Source of the DNA: Blastocatellia bacterium
GTDB lineage: Bacteria > Acidobacteriota > Blastocatellia > Chloracidobacteriales > JADJPF01
NCBI GenBank assembly: GCA_025057015.1
Contig: JANWYG010000010.1
Span: 30,506-94,505, forward strand
DNA: 64,000 bases
Reading direction: 5' to 3'
Translations under genes and position numbers: made by a program
Part shown: positions 55,570 through 64,000 of the stretch, one piece after another
Layout of the letters: every line of letters begins with the position of its first letter
Numbering within the stretch: position 1 is the stretch's first letter
Notes under the pieces: model-generated
Databases searched by the model: none
What the model saw: only the letters and a program-made list of their open reading frames with translations
Told to the model about the DNA's origin: nothing

Positions 55570-57056
55570 TCCGATTCGTAGTATCGCACCAGAATTTGGT
55601 TATCTAGGCGGTTAACTTCGACTTCTACTGCTTGCATGTCACGAGGGAAAACAAACATCGTTTTGAGTGTTTCTTCGTCGAGGTATTTAAGTTCTAGCTG
55701 TAGTGAAGTAGGTATGTCAAAAGGTTGTAGCTTACCTAAGACGAATCCCCATACACCAAAAGACGGAACGGCGGTTTGGTAGGGACGTACGAAGAAGCCA
55801 GCAGCTTCGAGTGTTCGCACTATGCACCAGTAAGCAGTCCTTGCAAAAAGAGGCGAAGTTGCTTGCACGGCTACAGCAGCGTTGTCGGTTAATCTAGCCT
55901 TAAGCAGCTTATAAAAGCGGGTAGTATAGAGCTTGCCTAGGGAGAAGGAGCTTGGATCGGGGAAGTCGACTATAGCTATGTCGAACCGCCCGTCGTTGGC
56001 TTGTTCGAGCCAAATCATGGCATCTTGATTTACGACGCGCACTCGTGGGTCGGAGTAAGCATCGCCATTTAGCTTGGCTAGCAGGGGAAGTTTTGCCGAA
56101 AGAGAAGTCATTCCAGGGTCTAGGTCTACGAGCACGACCTCCTTTACTGATGAGTATTTGAGTACCTCGCGTAGTGCTAGTCCATCTCCTCCGCCTAGAA
56201 TCATTACTCGACTGGGAGATCCATGCACAGCTATAGCTGGGTGTACCAGTGCTTCGTGATAGCGATACTCGTCTGCAGAGGAGAACTGCAGGTGTTCGTT
56301 GAGGAATAGGCTGAAGCTATTCTTGCCTTGAGTGACTACTATTCGCTGATAGGGTGTGGTGCGAGCATAAATAATGTTGTCTATGTAGAACTGTTCTTCA
56401 GCGAGGCTTGTCAAACTGTTGGCTTTAATTAGCCCTATGACCAGAAGCACTATGACTAGTCCGGCTCTTAGCCGTAGCAGAATTACTCCGCCTATTCGTG
56501 GTTCCAGCAAATATGTTGCCCATAGTCCTACTAAGGCATTTAGCAATCCAAAGAGCAGCGAGGTACGAATGAGACCTAAGCGTGGTACTAGGACTATGGG
56601 AAACAGTATTGAGGCAAACAGGGCACCTAGATAGTCGAAAGAGAGTATTTTCGAGATAAGGTCCTTAAATTCCAGATCATCTTTGAGTATCCGCATAAGC
56701 AGCGGTATTTCTAGGCCTACTAGCACGCCGACGGCGAAGACCAGCAAGAAGAGCACTACTTGGAAGTATTTCAGGTGAGCAAAGGCGAAGAATAATGCTG
56801 GAGCTGAGAAGCCACCAAGTAGTGCTACGCCGAGTTCTACTTCGACGAACTTGCTTGCAAGCCCAGCTTCTATGTACTTGGAGAGCCAAGAACCGACACC
56901 TAGTGCCGACAGATATAGCCCTATGACCAAAGAGAAATGAGTTACGCTGTCGCCTAGGACATAGCTTGCCACTGTGCCGGCTAGTAGTTCATAGATTAGC
57001 CCGCAAGTGGCGATAATCAATACGTTCAGAAACAGGACGTAAGGCCTGTTCATCAC
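55548..57056 (-). CDS. Membrane-anchored polyamine aminopropyltransferase (spermidine-synthase family with polytopic N-terminal domain)
   Basis: About 7 TM segments, then a SpeE core: YQRIVV, EYRYHEALVHP, ILGGGDGLALREVLK, VVLVDLD and IAIVDFPDP. Confidence 0.85.
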   Translation of the reverse strand: MMNRPYVLFLNVLIIATCGLIYELLAGTVASYVLGDSVTHFSLVIGLYLSALGVGSWLSKYIEAGLASKFVEVELGVALLGGFSAPALFFAFAHLKYFQVVLFLLVFAVGVLVGLEIPLLMRILKDDLEFKDLISKILSFDYLGALFASILFPIVLVPRLGLIRTSLLFGLLNALVGLWATYLLEPRIGGVILLRLRAGLVIVLLVIGLIKANSLTSLAEEQFYIDNIIYARTTPYQRIVVTQGKNSFSLFLNEHLQFSSADEYRYHEALVHPAIAVHGSPSRVMILGGGDGLALREVLKYSSVKEVVLVDLDPGMTSLSAKLPLLAKLNGDAYSDPRVRVVNQDAMIWLEQANDGRFDIAIVDFPDPSSFSLGKLYTTRFYKLLKARLTDNAAVAVQATSPLFARTAYWCIVRTLEAAGFFVRPYQTAVPSFGVWGFVLGKLQPFDIPTSLQLELKYLDEETLKTMFVFPRDMQAVEVEVNRLDNQILVRYYESEWRKWEN

Positions 57057-57065
57057 TTTCGATAG

Positions 57066-57281
57066 CTATCCCCCAAAGACTGCAGCGGCTATGATGAGTG
57101 CTATACCTATGATTATGGATCCTATAACAATCGCAAGTGCGGTGTTCTGATCCTCTTCTATTTCTTTGCGTATTGAGAAAGGAGTTACCTTACTTATTAT
57201 AAAGAACGCAATAGCAAAAACTGCTATACCTATTGCAGAAAAGATCAGCGACGAGATTATGTGATGTACCAGGTTGTTCAT
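57066..57281 (-). CDS. DUF350 (YjfL-like) small membrane protein
   Basis: FFIISKVTPFSIRKEIEEDQNTALAIVIGS parallels the E. coli YjfL pattern FIYSKITP......I...NTA as I recall it. Confidence 0.7.
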   Translation of the reverse strand: MNNLVHHIISSLIFSAIGIAVFAIAFFIISKVTPFSIRKEIEEDQNTALAIVIGSIIIGIALIIAAAVFGG

Positions 57282-57466
57282 TTGCCTCTCCCATAGCCCC
57301 CGTATCGGAAATGGAAACTTCGGTAACCGCCAGGCGATTTTCTTATGTCCTCAGGGATTGTTTCTCGTTGCTCGCCGCTACCAAATAAAGTCCATCCGAG
57401 AGAGAAAATCAGCGCATAAAGCAACAAAAGTCCACTGCTAAACAGTAGATATAACTTTTTGAGCAC
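57278..57466 (-). CDS. Small single-TM protein with Gly/Tyr/Arg-rich tail
   Basis: 62-aa ORF with a 4-nt overlap onto the DUF350 gene. One TM helix, then GGYRSFHFRYGGYGRGK. Confidence 0.45.
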   Translation of the reverse strand: MLKKLYLLFSSGLLLLYALIFSLGWTLFGSGEQRETIPEDIRKSPGGYRSFHFRYGGYGRGK

Positions 57467-57491
57467 TAACCCCTCCTACTACATAGTAGAC

Positions 57492-59510
57492 CTAGTCATA
57501 ACTATCTTCATCGGACGCTCCAGTGTAGCTTTCGCTCCACTTACGAATTTCAAAATCGTAGATTGAGAGCTTGGCTCTAATCATTATGTAAGCAGGTAAG
57601 AGCGAAATAAGTAGCAGAATAATCAAGAAGCCTGTAATGGCAGATCCACGGTTACCTTGAGTTATTTTGATAAGTAGTTGCATCGGCATTTGCCATTTTT
57701 CCCACTGCGCCTCTATGCGTAAGATATACTTGCCAGTTGGTAGAGCAGAGAGAACTTTGATTTTGGAAGTACTTCCTTCTGTCCAGCTACTTTGCGCTCC
57801 TTCGTCGTCTATGTCTACGCCGTGGTAATATTCCATATCCATGCTAAACGGCTGCACGAGGCCGGTTTCTTCGTTTATTAGGTGACCTTCGAAGTAGAGC
57901 CAGCTGTTATCCAGTGATGGAGCGCTGGCATTGACCAGAATATCTAATCGATCTTTTAAATCGAATGGTTCTGAAAATACTACCTGAGTTGCAGTAGAGT
58001 TATTTGCGAGCGGTTCCAGGCTCAAGCTCTTCTCATAGGCGGTTATTTCAGGCAATGTAATCACAAAATAACAAACCATTACGATTAGTATGCTGCTAAA
58101 AAATACCCAGTACTTAAGTATGCTGCTATGGGCATCTGTCATTATCCAGCATCCATAATTTTGAGCACTCTTCTCTGACCACGGTTCGCACATACCGGGT
58201 TTTTGTGGCCGGGGCACCTTTATTTTGAATTTCCATTCTATCTCGTCGGGATAAACGTATCGGCCATGAGACCAATTCACTTCACCGGTACTGGTGCTTT
58301 GACCTGATATTTCTTGGGAAAGTATCCATCCTGGACGTACGTAATCACGGGTGAGGGTCTGTTCGCCCACCTCAACTTTCCAATAAAACTCGCCAAGCAC
58401 GAACTCAACTTCTGCGAAGTTTCGGTTAAACAGTTTATACTGGTTACCATTGTAGTATGCGACTCTTTCGAAGGAATCTAGCCTCACTTGTCCAGGTTGG
58501 ATTGGTTTTACGTGCATCCAATGTAAGTCAGACCAGACTAACCATTCGAAGCCGACGCTTGGATTGTAAAGCAGGAATTCTTCCCAAAAGTACTTGACGC
58601 CCTCAACGACCGTCGAACGAACCATCCAGCCGATGACGGTCATCGGCTTGCTATCAAATTTTACTTGAGAGCCTATAGGTATAATCGGGGCTTTTTCTGG
58701 CTTCGTTAAGGCTTTAATGAATCTTAACTCTCCTTGGTCGACTTGTAGTAGCGAACCGCAGTATTGGCACGCTATGCGTTCAGTTTGATCTGGAGCGCGT
58801 AGTTCTAAGGGAGCTGCACAGTGTGGACAGTTAAGCTTCTTTACCTTTACTTCCTCGGCCGTAGTTGCTATCGTAGCCGATTCCATAACGGCTTGTTGCG
58901 GGTCTATTCCTAACTCTTGCAGGGTTACTTGGCGGCCTACGAACAGCAGTGGCTGTTGTTCGCTGTAGTCTATTGTCACAAATTCTGAGTTTGGACCTGA
59001 CAAGTCAGCATAGTAGTACTTCTCGCCAGGTGTAAAGTAGAACGGCACTTCACCTTCTGCAGCAAGATATTGTGCTTGCCCTTTTTCAGCTACAACTAGT
59101 GGTACGTTAAAAGGTATACCTTTAGCTTGTTGCCCGACTATGAGGGATTGGAAGCTAGGCACTTGAGCTACGGGGACGGCAAAGGTAACATAGAAGCGGC
59201 CTTGTGCTTCTGTAATCCAGCCCCACTCCCCGTCGCTAAAGTAGGCGTACCACTCCGTCCAGATTCCGCCCAGTTCATGCTTTATCTGGGTTCGGCCTAC
59301 GAGGTAAAAATCTACGCCGGAGTATTTGCCGTTCAAACCAGCATAAAGTGGTGTCTTTATATCTACTAAATCCGCTACCTTGCCTATCTCTTCTAACTTG
59401 GCACCTGAGCGTAGTAGCAGCGAGTGGCAATATTGACAGACGCCTAGCACTGAAGATTTTGCGCGAAATGTTATCTCTGCCCCACAAGATGGGCAAGTGG
59501 TCTTCATCAT
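57492..59510 (-). CDS. DUF4178-type protein: two zinc-ribbon + DUF4178-like modules, then 2 TM segments flanking a beta-rich domain
   Basis: CPSC..(15)..CQYC and CPHC..(16)..CQYC, each followed by a W-rich segment (IWTEWYAYFSDGEWGWI, YFWEEFLLYNPSVGFEWLVW). TM segments are at about residues 470 and 640. Confidence 0.65.
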   Translation of the reverse strand: MMKTTCPSCGAEITFRAKSSVLGVCQYCHSLLLRSGAKLEEIGKVADLVDIKTPLYAGLNGKYSGVDFYLVGRTQIKHELGGIWTEWYAYFSDGEWGWITEAQGRFYVTFAVPVAQVPSFQSLIVGQQAKGIPFNVPLVVAEKGQAQYLAAEGEVPFYFTPGEKYYYADLSGPNSEFVTIDYSEQQPLLFVGRQVTLQELGIDPQQAVMESATIATTAEEVKVKKLNCPHCAAPLELRAPDQTERIACQYCGSLLQVDQGELRFIKALTKPEKAPIIPIGSQVKFDSKPMTVIGWMVRSTVVEGVKYFWEEFLLYNPSVGFEWLVWSDLHWMHVKPIQPGQVRLDSFERVAYYNGNQYKLFNRNFAEVEFVLGEFYWKVEVGEQTLTRDYVRPGWILSQEISGQSTSTGEVNWSHGRYVYPDEIEWKFKIKVPRPQKPGMCEPWSEKSAQNYGCWIMTDAHSSILKYWVFFSSILIVMVCYFVITLPEITAYEKSLSLEPLANNSTATQVVFSEPFDLKDRLDILVNASAPSLDNSWLYFEGHLINEETGLVQPFSMDMEYYHGVDIDDEGAQSSWTEGSTSKIKVLSALPTGKYILRIEAQWEKWQMPMQLLIKITQGNRGSAITGFLIILLLISLLPAYIMIRAKLSIYDFEIRKWSESYTGASDEDSYD

Positions 59511-59860
59511 TTCTGTGAACCTCGTTCTATAACTTTTATGCTCACAGACTTGGCGGCCAACTTTTGTTTCAACTTACTCTCCCAATCCCAGTCCGGTCGG
59601 GCGTTGCAGCAATAGAGATTGAACGTAGCGATCCCGTGTTCCGGATAGGTATGGCAGGCAAGGTGGGATTCTGTAAGTAGCACTAGTCCAGACACTCCGC
59701 TACCGGGGGGTGAAAACTTTTTCCAAAAAGGCGGCTCTGCTGGCTTTAGATCTAATTCTGCTATTAACTCGTCGAATATAGATGATAGTATGCTGACTTC
59801 AGCGAGTTTCTCAGCTTGACAATCGAAGGCATCTATTATCCATTCAGTCCCAACTTTCAT
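59507..59860 (-). CDS. S-adenosylmethionine decarboxylase proenzyme (small pyruvoyl SpeH-type)
   Basis: LLTESHLACHTYPE matches the self-cleavage site pattern (E|S) followed by H..HT.PE. 117 aa. ATGA overlap with the downstream gene. Confidence 0.8.
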   Translation of the reverse strand: MKVGTEWIIDAFDCQAEKLAEVSILSSIFDELIAELDLKPAEPPFWKKFSPPGSGVSGLVLLTESHLACHTYPEHGIATFNLYCCNARPDWDWESKLKQKLAAKSVSIKVIERGSQK

Positions 59861-59913
59861 CGAAAACCTGCCGTCGATGCACTTTATATAACATTAAAGA
59901 TTGGTTTAGTGGA

Positions 59914-60981
59914 CTAAATTTGAAACGCCTGGCCTATTTTAGGCAATATATGTATTGCTTTGAAAAACTCTACCACTCGATTTTCTGCCCAGAAGTTATC
60001 TTCAAGACTGTTACTTCGCCCGATGAATCCAACGTGACCTCCATGCTTAGTCGCAAGTAGTATACAGCAATCGCTTAGCTTGCTCTGTCGGTACTGCTCA
60101 AAGGGTATGAAGGGATCGTCTTCGGACTGTATGATAAGTGTAGGAAGTTTGATTTTATGCAGAATGTGGTTTGAGCTGGTAGCAGCATAGTAATCGTCAG
60201 CACCTTTAAAGCCGTGTAGCGGGCCTGCTATCTTGTCATCGAACTCTCTAAGTGACAGATAGTAACGGCTGTCTTTGGGGTATCTGTCAGAGTAGAGCTT
60301 CTTTCGATACTGGTAACTGCGCTGAAGTGACAGCAGGAAGCGCATCTCATACAGCCTATTTGTCCAAAGGTGCAGAGCATCGCTGCTTGCTGCTAAGTCT
60401 ATAGGTGTTGAGACGGCACATACTGCTCGAAGTGCGGTAGGTGGATTGTCGGCATATTCGCCTGCAAGCTTCAACACTTGATTGCCACCTAGAGAAAAGC
60501 CACAGATATAAAGCTCTTCTAGACCGTCTTCTAGTACCAGTTCATCTAGTACCCGGCGGATGTCTTCGGATGATCCTGCATGATAAGAGGTCGGCGAAAG
60601 CTCTATTCCTTCGCCACAACCTCGCTGATTGAGCCGTATGACGTTGAAGCCAGCGGCGTATCCTTTGAGTGCAGTACCGATGAGATACTTTGATTCACTA
60701 GACCCTTCTAGTCCATGTACCAGTATCATCGTTGGAGCGCGTTGCCAGTTTGGCTGCCAACCGCAGCGAGCGACTATCTTCGACTCGGAGTCTACTTGAA
60801 AAAGCCGCCTAGTAGCTATATGAGACAGATTTCCGAAATTCCGGTTGAGCAAGTCACCGGCTAAAGTCATCAGGTGTCCGTTAGTAAGCAGTGGGTATGG
60901 TAGGAACTTGCGGGACAACATCAGCTTGCGTACAAACGTGACTATGTCCTGCCTGCAGACTGCCCTGCTACTTGTAGTCAT
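59914..60981 (-). CDS. Alpha/beta hydrolase (YheT-like)
   Basis: ILVHGLEGSSES, nucleophile elbow GFSLGGN and a C-terminal GGH. The start may be an internal Met. Confidence 0.75.
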   Translation of the reverse strand: MTTSSRAVCRQDIVTFVRKLMLSRKFLPYPLLTNGHLMTLAGDLLNRNFGNLSHIATRRLFQVDSESKIVARCGWQPNWQRAPTMILVHGLEGSSESKYLIGTALKGYAAGFNVIRLNQRGCGEGIELSPTSYHAGSSEDIRRVLDELVLEDGLEELYICGFSLGGNQVLKLAGEYADNPPTALRAVCAVSTPIDLAASSDALHLWTNRLYEMRFLLSLQRSYQYRKKLYSDRYPKDSRYYLSLREFDDKIAGPLHGFKGADDYYAATSSNHILHKIKLPTLIIQSEDDPFIPFEQYRQSKLSDCCILLATKHGGHVGFIGRSNSLEDNFWAENRVVEFFKAIHILPKIGQAFQI

Positions 60982-61162
60982 CCCTACGTCCTCTTAACTT
61001 CATATAATAAGCTAATCTGGCCTTTCCTGAAAGCTTGACTTATTGATAGATTTTGCTGTGATATAATCCTCTCGGAGGTAGGCCATAGCAACGATACTGG
61101 GATACAAAAATAATCGCCAGTTTCTACTTGGCTCTGTAGCCATAGCGAAGGTTCGCTCTTCA

Positions 61163-61993
61163 GTGGCTCGTATTGCCAAAATGTTGTCGCAAGCGAGCAC
61201 AGACTTTCTTGATAATGACCTAACTAGCTCCGCAGCAGCGCTTTCATACTTTTCTACTCTTGGTCTTTTTCCCTTGCTGCTTCTTCTGCTAAATGTCTCT
61301 ACTACTGTCTTTGGTAAAGAGGAGCTTAAGCGCTTTCTTGTCTATCGCATACTGGAGCTGCTGCCTGGCAGTCATGATTTCGTGCTTAAAAATGTAGAAG
61401 CTGTCACGGAAGTGTCAAACCAGATGCTGATTAGCTGCTTCATATTAGTGATATGGACTGGCTCGTGGAGCTTCCGAGTTATCGAAAAAGCCTTTAGTCG
61501 CATCTGGAAGACTGAATGTAGATCTTTCATTCACGGCCGCTTGGTAACGATAACTGTGACTGTTTTCGTTGGACTTGCGCTGATGAGCGCATCGCTCATA
61601 TCTTCTGTCGTGAACTTTGTGCGCTCCAGTGCCGAAAGGATACCTGTTACTGCACCACCTATAATACACATGTTTACAAGCCTCTTCTGGCAGAGTGTCT
61701 TCAGTATGATTGCCTTGCTTGTGACTATAGAGCTATTTACCATCATCTATCGGTTTCTGCCTAATAAACACGTCAGATGGAAAGAGGCTCTGCCGGGGGC
61801 AGTCGTGGCCGGGGTGCTTTGGGAAGCAGCGAAATACTGCTTTTCACATCTGTTGCCATACTTTCACTATGATGTTGTCTATGGCTCGATAGGTGCGGGT
61901 ATTGTCTTGCTCTCCTGGATCTATATCTCTAGTTTGATAATGCTCTACGGTGCTCAGCTGTGTGCTACTTTGCGAGAGGATAGAAAGGTTTGA
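61163..61993 (+). CDS. YihY/BrkB-family membrane protein
   Basis: SAAALSYFSTLGLFPLLLL N-terminus, a polytopic body and the YGSIGAGIVLLSWIYISSLIMLYGA tail. Confidence 0.8.
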   Translation: MARIAKMLSQASTDFLDNDLTSSAAALSYFSTLGLFPLLLLLLNVSTTVFGKEELKRFLVYRILELLPGSHDFVLKNVEAVTEVSNQMLISCFILVIWTGSWSFRVIEKAFSRIWKTECRSFIHGRLVTITVTVFVGLALMSASLISSVVNFVRSSAERIPVTAPPIIHMFTSLFWQSVFSMIALLVTIELFTIIYRFLPNKHVRWKEALPGAVVAGVLWEAAKYCFSHLLPYFHYDVVYGSIGAGIVLLSWIYISSLIMLYGAQLCATLREDRKV

Positions 61994-63027
61994 AAGTAGC
62001 GGAGTTTGATTTTGATTTGCCAGGCGAGTTAATAGCCCAGCGTCCACTTGAACGCAGAGATGCGTCGCGTATGCTAGTGCTGGACCGCTCAAAACAATCT
62101 TTTACTGACACTGTTTTTCTTGACCTGCCGGCTTATCTCAACGCAGGTGATTGTCTGGTACTAAATAACACTCGTGTCTTTCCTGCTAGGCTTCTAGGTA
62201 GACGTGTTGGCACTGATAGCCAGGTGGAGGTTTTGCTGGTCAAAGAGCACGATAGCTTTCTTTGGGAAGCTTTAGTCAAGCCAGGTCGCGCTTTCAAGAT
62301 CGGTAGCAAGTTCATTTTAGGGCAGGATCGGATCCTCGCTGAAGTAGTCGAGATACTCGCTAACGGCCATAGGATGCTAAGACTTAATGCGGACACAGAT
62401 ATAAGGATCTTGCTAGAAGAAGTAGGACTTCAACCTCTGCCACCTTATATAAAGCGTTATCGCAAACCTTCTCCTGAAGATAGGCAAGCTTATCAGACAA
62501 TATATGCAAAAGAGACTGGCTCCATTGCTGCTCCCACTGCAGGATTGCATTTTACACAACAGGTGCTAGACAGAATTGCTCAGAAGGGAGTTCATATAGT
62601 CAGCGTAACTCATCACGTCGGTTATGCTACTTTTCAACCAGTTAAGGTAGAAAACGTAGAAGATCACAAAATAGGCGACGAAAGCTACTATATCTCGCCA
62701 CAAGCTGCTGATCTAATCAACCTAACAAGAGCACATCGACGACGAGTAGTCGCTGTAGGTACTACGTCTACTAGAGCGTTAGAAAGTGCGGCGGATTCAG
62801 ATGGGAGAGTCCGCTTTGGCCATGGTAATACAGAACTGTTTATCTATCCGGGATACAAATTCAAGGTAATAGATGCTCTTTTTACTAATTTTCATCTTCC
62901 TAAATCTTCCTTGTTGATGCTAGTATCGGCGTTCGCAGGCAAAGAACTAGTTCTAGAAGCATATCGTCATGCCGTAAGACAGAAGTATAGGTTTTACAGT
63001 TACGGCGACTGTATGTTGATTATTTAG
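61990..63027 (+). CDS. queA: S-adenosylmethionine:tRNA ribosyltransferase-isomerase
   Basis: FDFDLP.ELIAQ.P...[29 protein letters not shown] and [11 protein letters not shown]. Confidence 0.95.
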   Translation: MKVAEFDFDLPGELIAQRPLERRDASRMLVLDRSKQSFTDTVFLDLPAYLNAGDCLVLNNTRVFPARLLGRRVGTDSQVEVLLVKEHDSFLWEALVKPGRAFKIGSKFILGQDRILAEVVEILANGHRMLRLNADTDIRILLEEVGLQPLPPYIKRYRKPSPEDRQAYQTIYAKETGSIAAPTAGLHFTQQVLDRIAQKGVHIVSVTHHVGYATFQPVKVENVEDHKIGDESYYISPQAADLINLTRAHRRRVVAVGTTSTRALESAADSDGRVRFGHGNTELFIYPGYKFKVIDALFTNFHLPKSSLLMLVSAFAGKELVLEAYRHAVRQKYRFYSYGDCMLII

Positions 63028-63043
63028 TCACGGGGAGCAAGAG

Positions 63044-64000
63044 ATGAAAGAGAGTATTACTTCGGTGTTGCGAGAGCAGCGCGTCATAGAGCCGCCAAAA
63101 GACTTTAGCCTTAGTGCGCATATCAGTAGCTTTGAGGAGTATGAGAAGCTCTGTAGGGCTGCTCAAGATGATCCTGAAGGTTACTGGAGCAAGATAGCTG
63201 CTGAACTTGATTGGTTTGAGCCCTGGCAGAAAGTTCTCGAGTGGAACTATCCGTATGCCAAGTGGTTCTTAGGTGGCAGACTGAATGCTTCTTATAATTG
63301 TCTTGACAGGCACTTAACTGGCTGGCGCAAGAACAAAGCTGCTATCATTTGGGAGGGTGAGCCTGGAGAAAGTAGGACTTTAACTTATCAGCAGCTTCAC
63401 CGTGAGGTCTGTCGATTTGCTAATGGACTTAAGAGATTAGGTGTGTCTTCTGGCGACCGGGTAGCAATCTACATGCCGATGGTACCGGAGCTTGTCATTG
63501 CTGTACTAGCTTGTGCTAGGATAGGTGCTGTCCATACGGTCATATTCGGCGGCTTTGCTGCACATGCCATAAGGGATCGGATAAACGACGCTAAAGCAAA
63601 AGTCGTTGTTACTGCCGATGGTGGCTATCGTCGCGGGCAAGAGATTCAGCTCAAACCGAACGTTGACGAAGCATTAACAAACTGTCCTTCGGTACAAAGC
63701 GTTGTAGTCTTCCGGCGCACGGGCAATCAATTTATCACTATGCACCACGGGCGCGACTGCTGGTGGCATGACCTTCTGTCTGAAACAGATGCTAATTGTC
63801 CGGCTGAGAGTCTCGATTCGGAACATCCCCTGTTTATACTTTACACTTCTGGTACTACTGGCAAGCCTAAGGGTGTACTGCATACTACCGGAGGCTATCT
63901 GGTGGGGACTACGATTACTAGCAAGTGGGTCTTTGACCTGAAAGATACGGACACTTTTTGGTGTACGGCGGACATAGGCTGGATCACAGGTCATAGCTAT
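63044..64000 (+). CDS. acs: Acetyl-CoA synthetase, N-terminal 319 codons (runs off the window)
   Basis: Absent from the ORF track because there is no stop in the window. GGGGAG lies before ATG 63044. My translation includes [14 protein letters not shown], the AMP-binding motif [12 protein letters not shown], and [10 protein letters not shown]. Confidence 0.9.
   Translation, partial: MKESITSVLREQRVIEPPKDFSLSAHISSFEEYEKLCRAAQDDPEGYWSKIAAELDWFEPWQKVLEWNYPYAKWFLGGRLNASYNCLDRHLTGWRKNKAAIIWEGEPGESRTLTYQQLHREVCRFANGLKRLGVSSGDRVAIYMPMVPELVIAVLACARIGAVHTVIFGGFAAHAIRDRINDAKAKVVVTADGGYRRGQEIQLKPNVDEALTNCPSVQSVVVFRRTGNQFITMHHGRDCWWHDLLSETDANCPAESLDSEHPLFILYTSGTTGKPKGVLHTTGGYLVGTTITSKWVFDLKDTDTFWCTADIGWITGHSY

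Noticed and set aside
61035-61067. Sigma70-like promoter TTGACT … TGATATAAT upstream of the yihY-like gene
   Set aside because: The hexamers are good but the spacer is 21 nt, well outside the functional 16-19 nt range. Only an extended -10 would remain, which is too weak to report as a feature.

Overview
This is a gene-dense bacterial chromosomal window of about 60 CDS and 3 tRNAs. It has no rRNA, transposase, integrase or cas genes. Product calls come from motifs I recognise by eye in the supplied translations, not from searches. The gene content (several Hanks kinases with N-terminal zinc ribbons, a Reg_prop/Y_Y_Y histidine kinase, a BNR/Vps10 protein, a PEGA-like domain) suggests an Acidobacteriota-like organism, which is unverified inference. 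A long minus-strand housekeeping string runs lepA, Lon-N, yvcK-like, glmU, ribD, rsmA, RNase J. Other housekeeping genes are purE-purK, nrdR, queA and a partial acs. Two genes missing from the ORF track run off the window edges: a GT9 heptosyltransferase (1..1006) and acetyl-CoA synthetase (63044..64000). The main hunt results are: (1) an unlisted SelW/Rdx-family selenoprotein gene (7808..8032, minus) with an in-frame TGA in a CxxU motif and a SECIS-like hairpin 3' of it; (2) a six-gene, translationally coupled polyamine-type operon (53959..59860) of SAM decarboxylase, a double zinc-ribbon DUF4178 membrane protein, a small TM protein, DUF350, a membrane-anchored aminopropyltransferase and a Tat-signal flavin oxidoreductase, whose combined function is to my knowledge uncharacterised; (3) a 1.3 kb ORF-free region (45931..47258) containing a near-consensus promoter that fires into three degenerate CRISPR-like direct repeats, plus a 10-bp inverted repeat around a C-tract loop; (4) large all-helical orphan proteins and kinase-linked operons.
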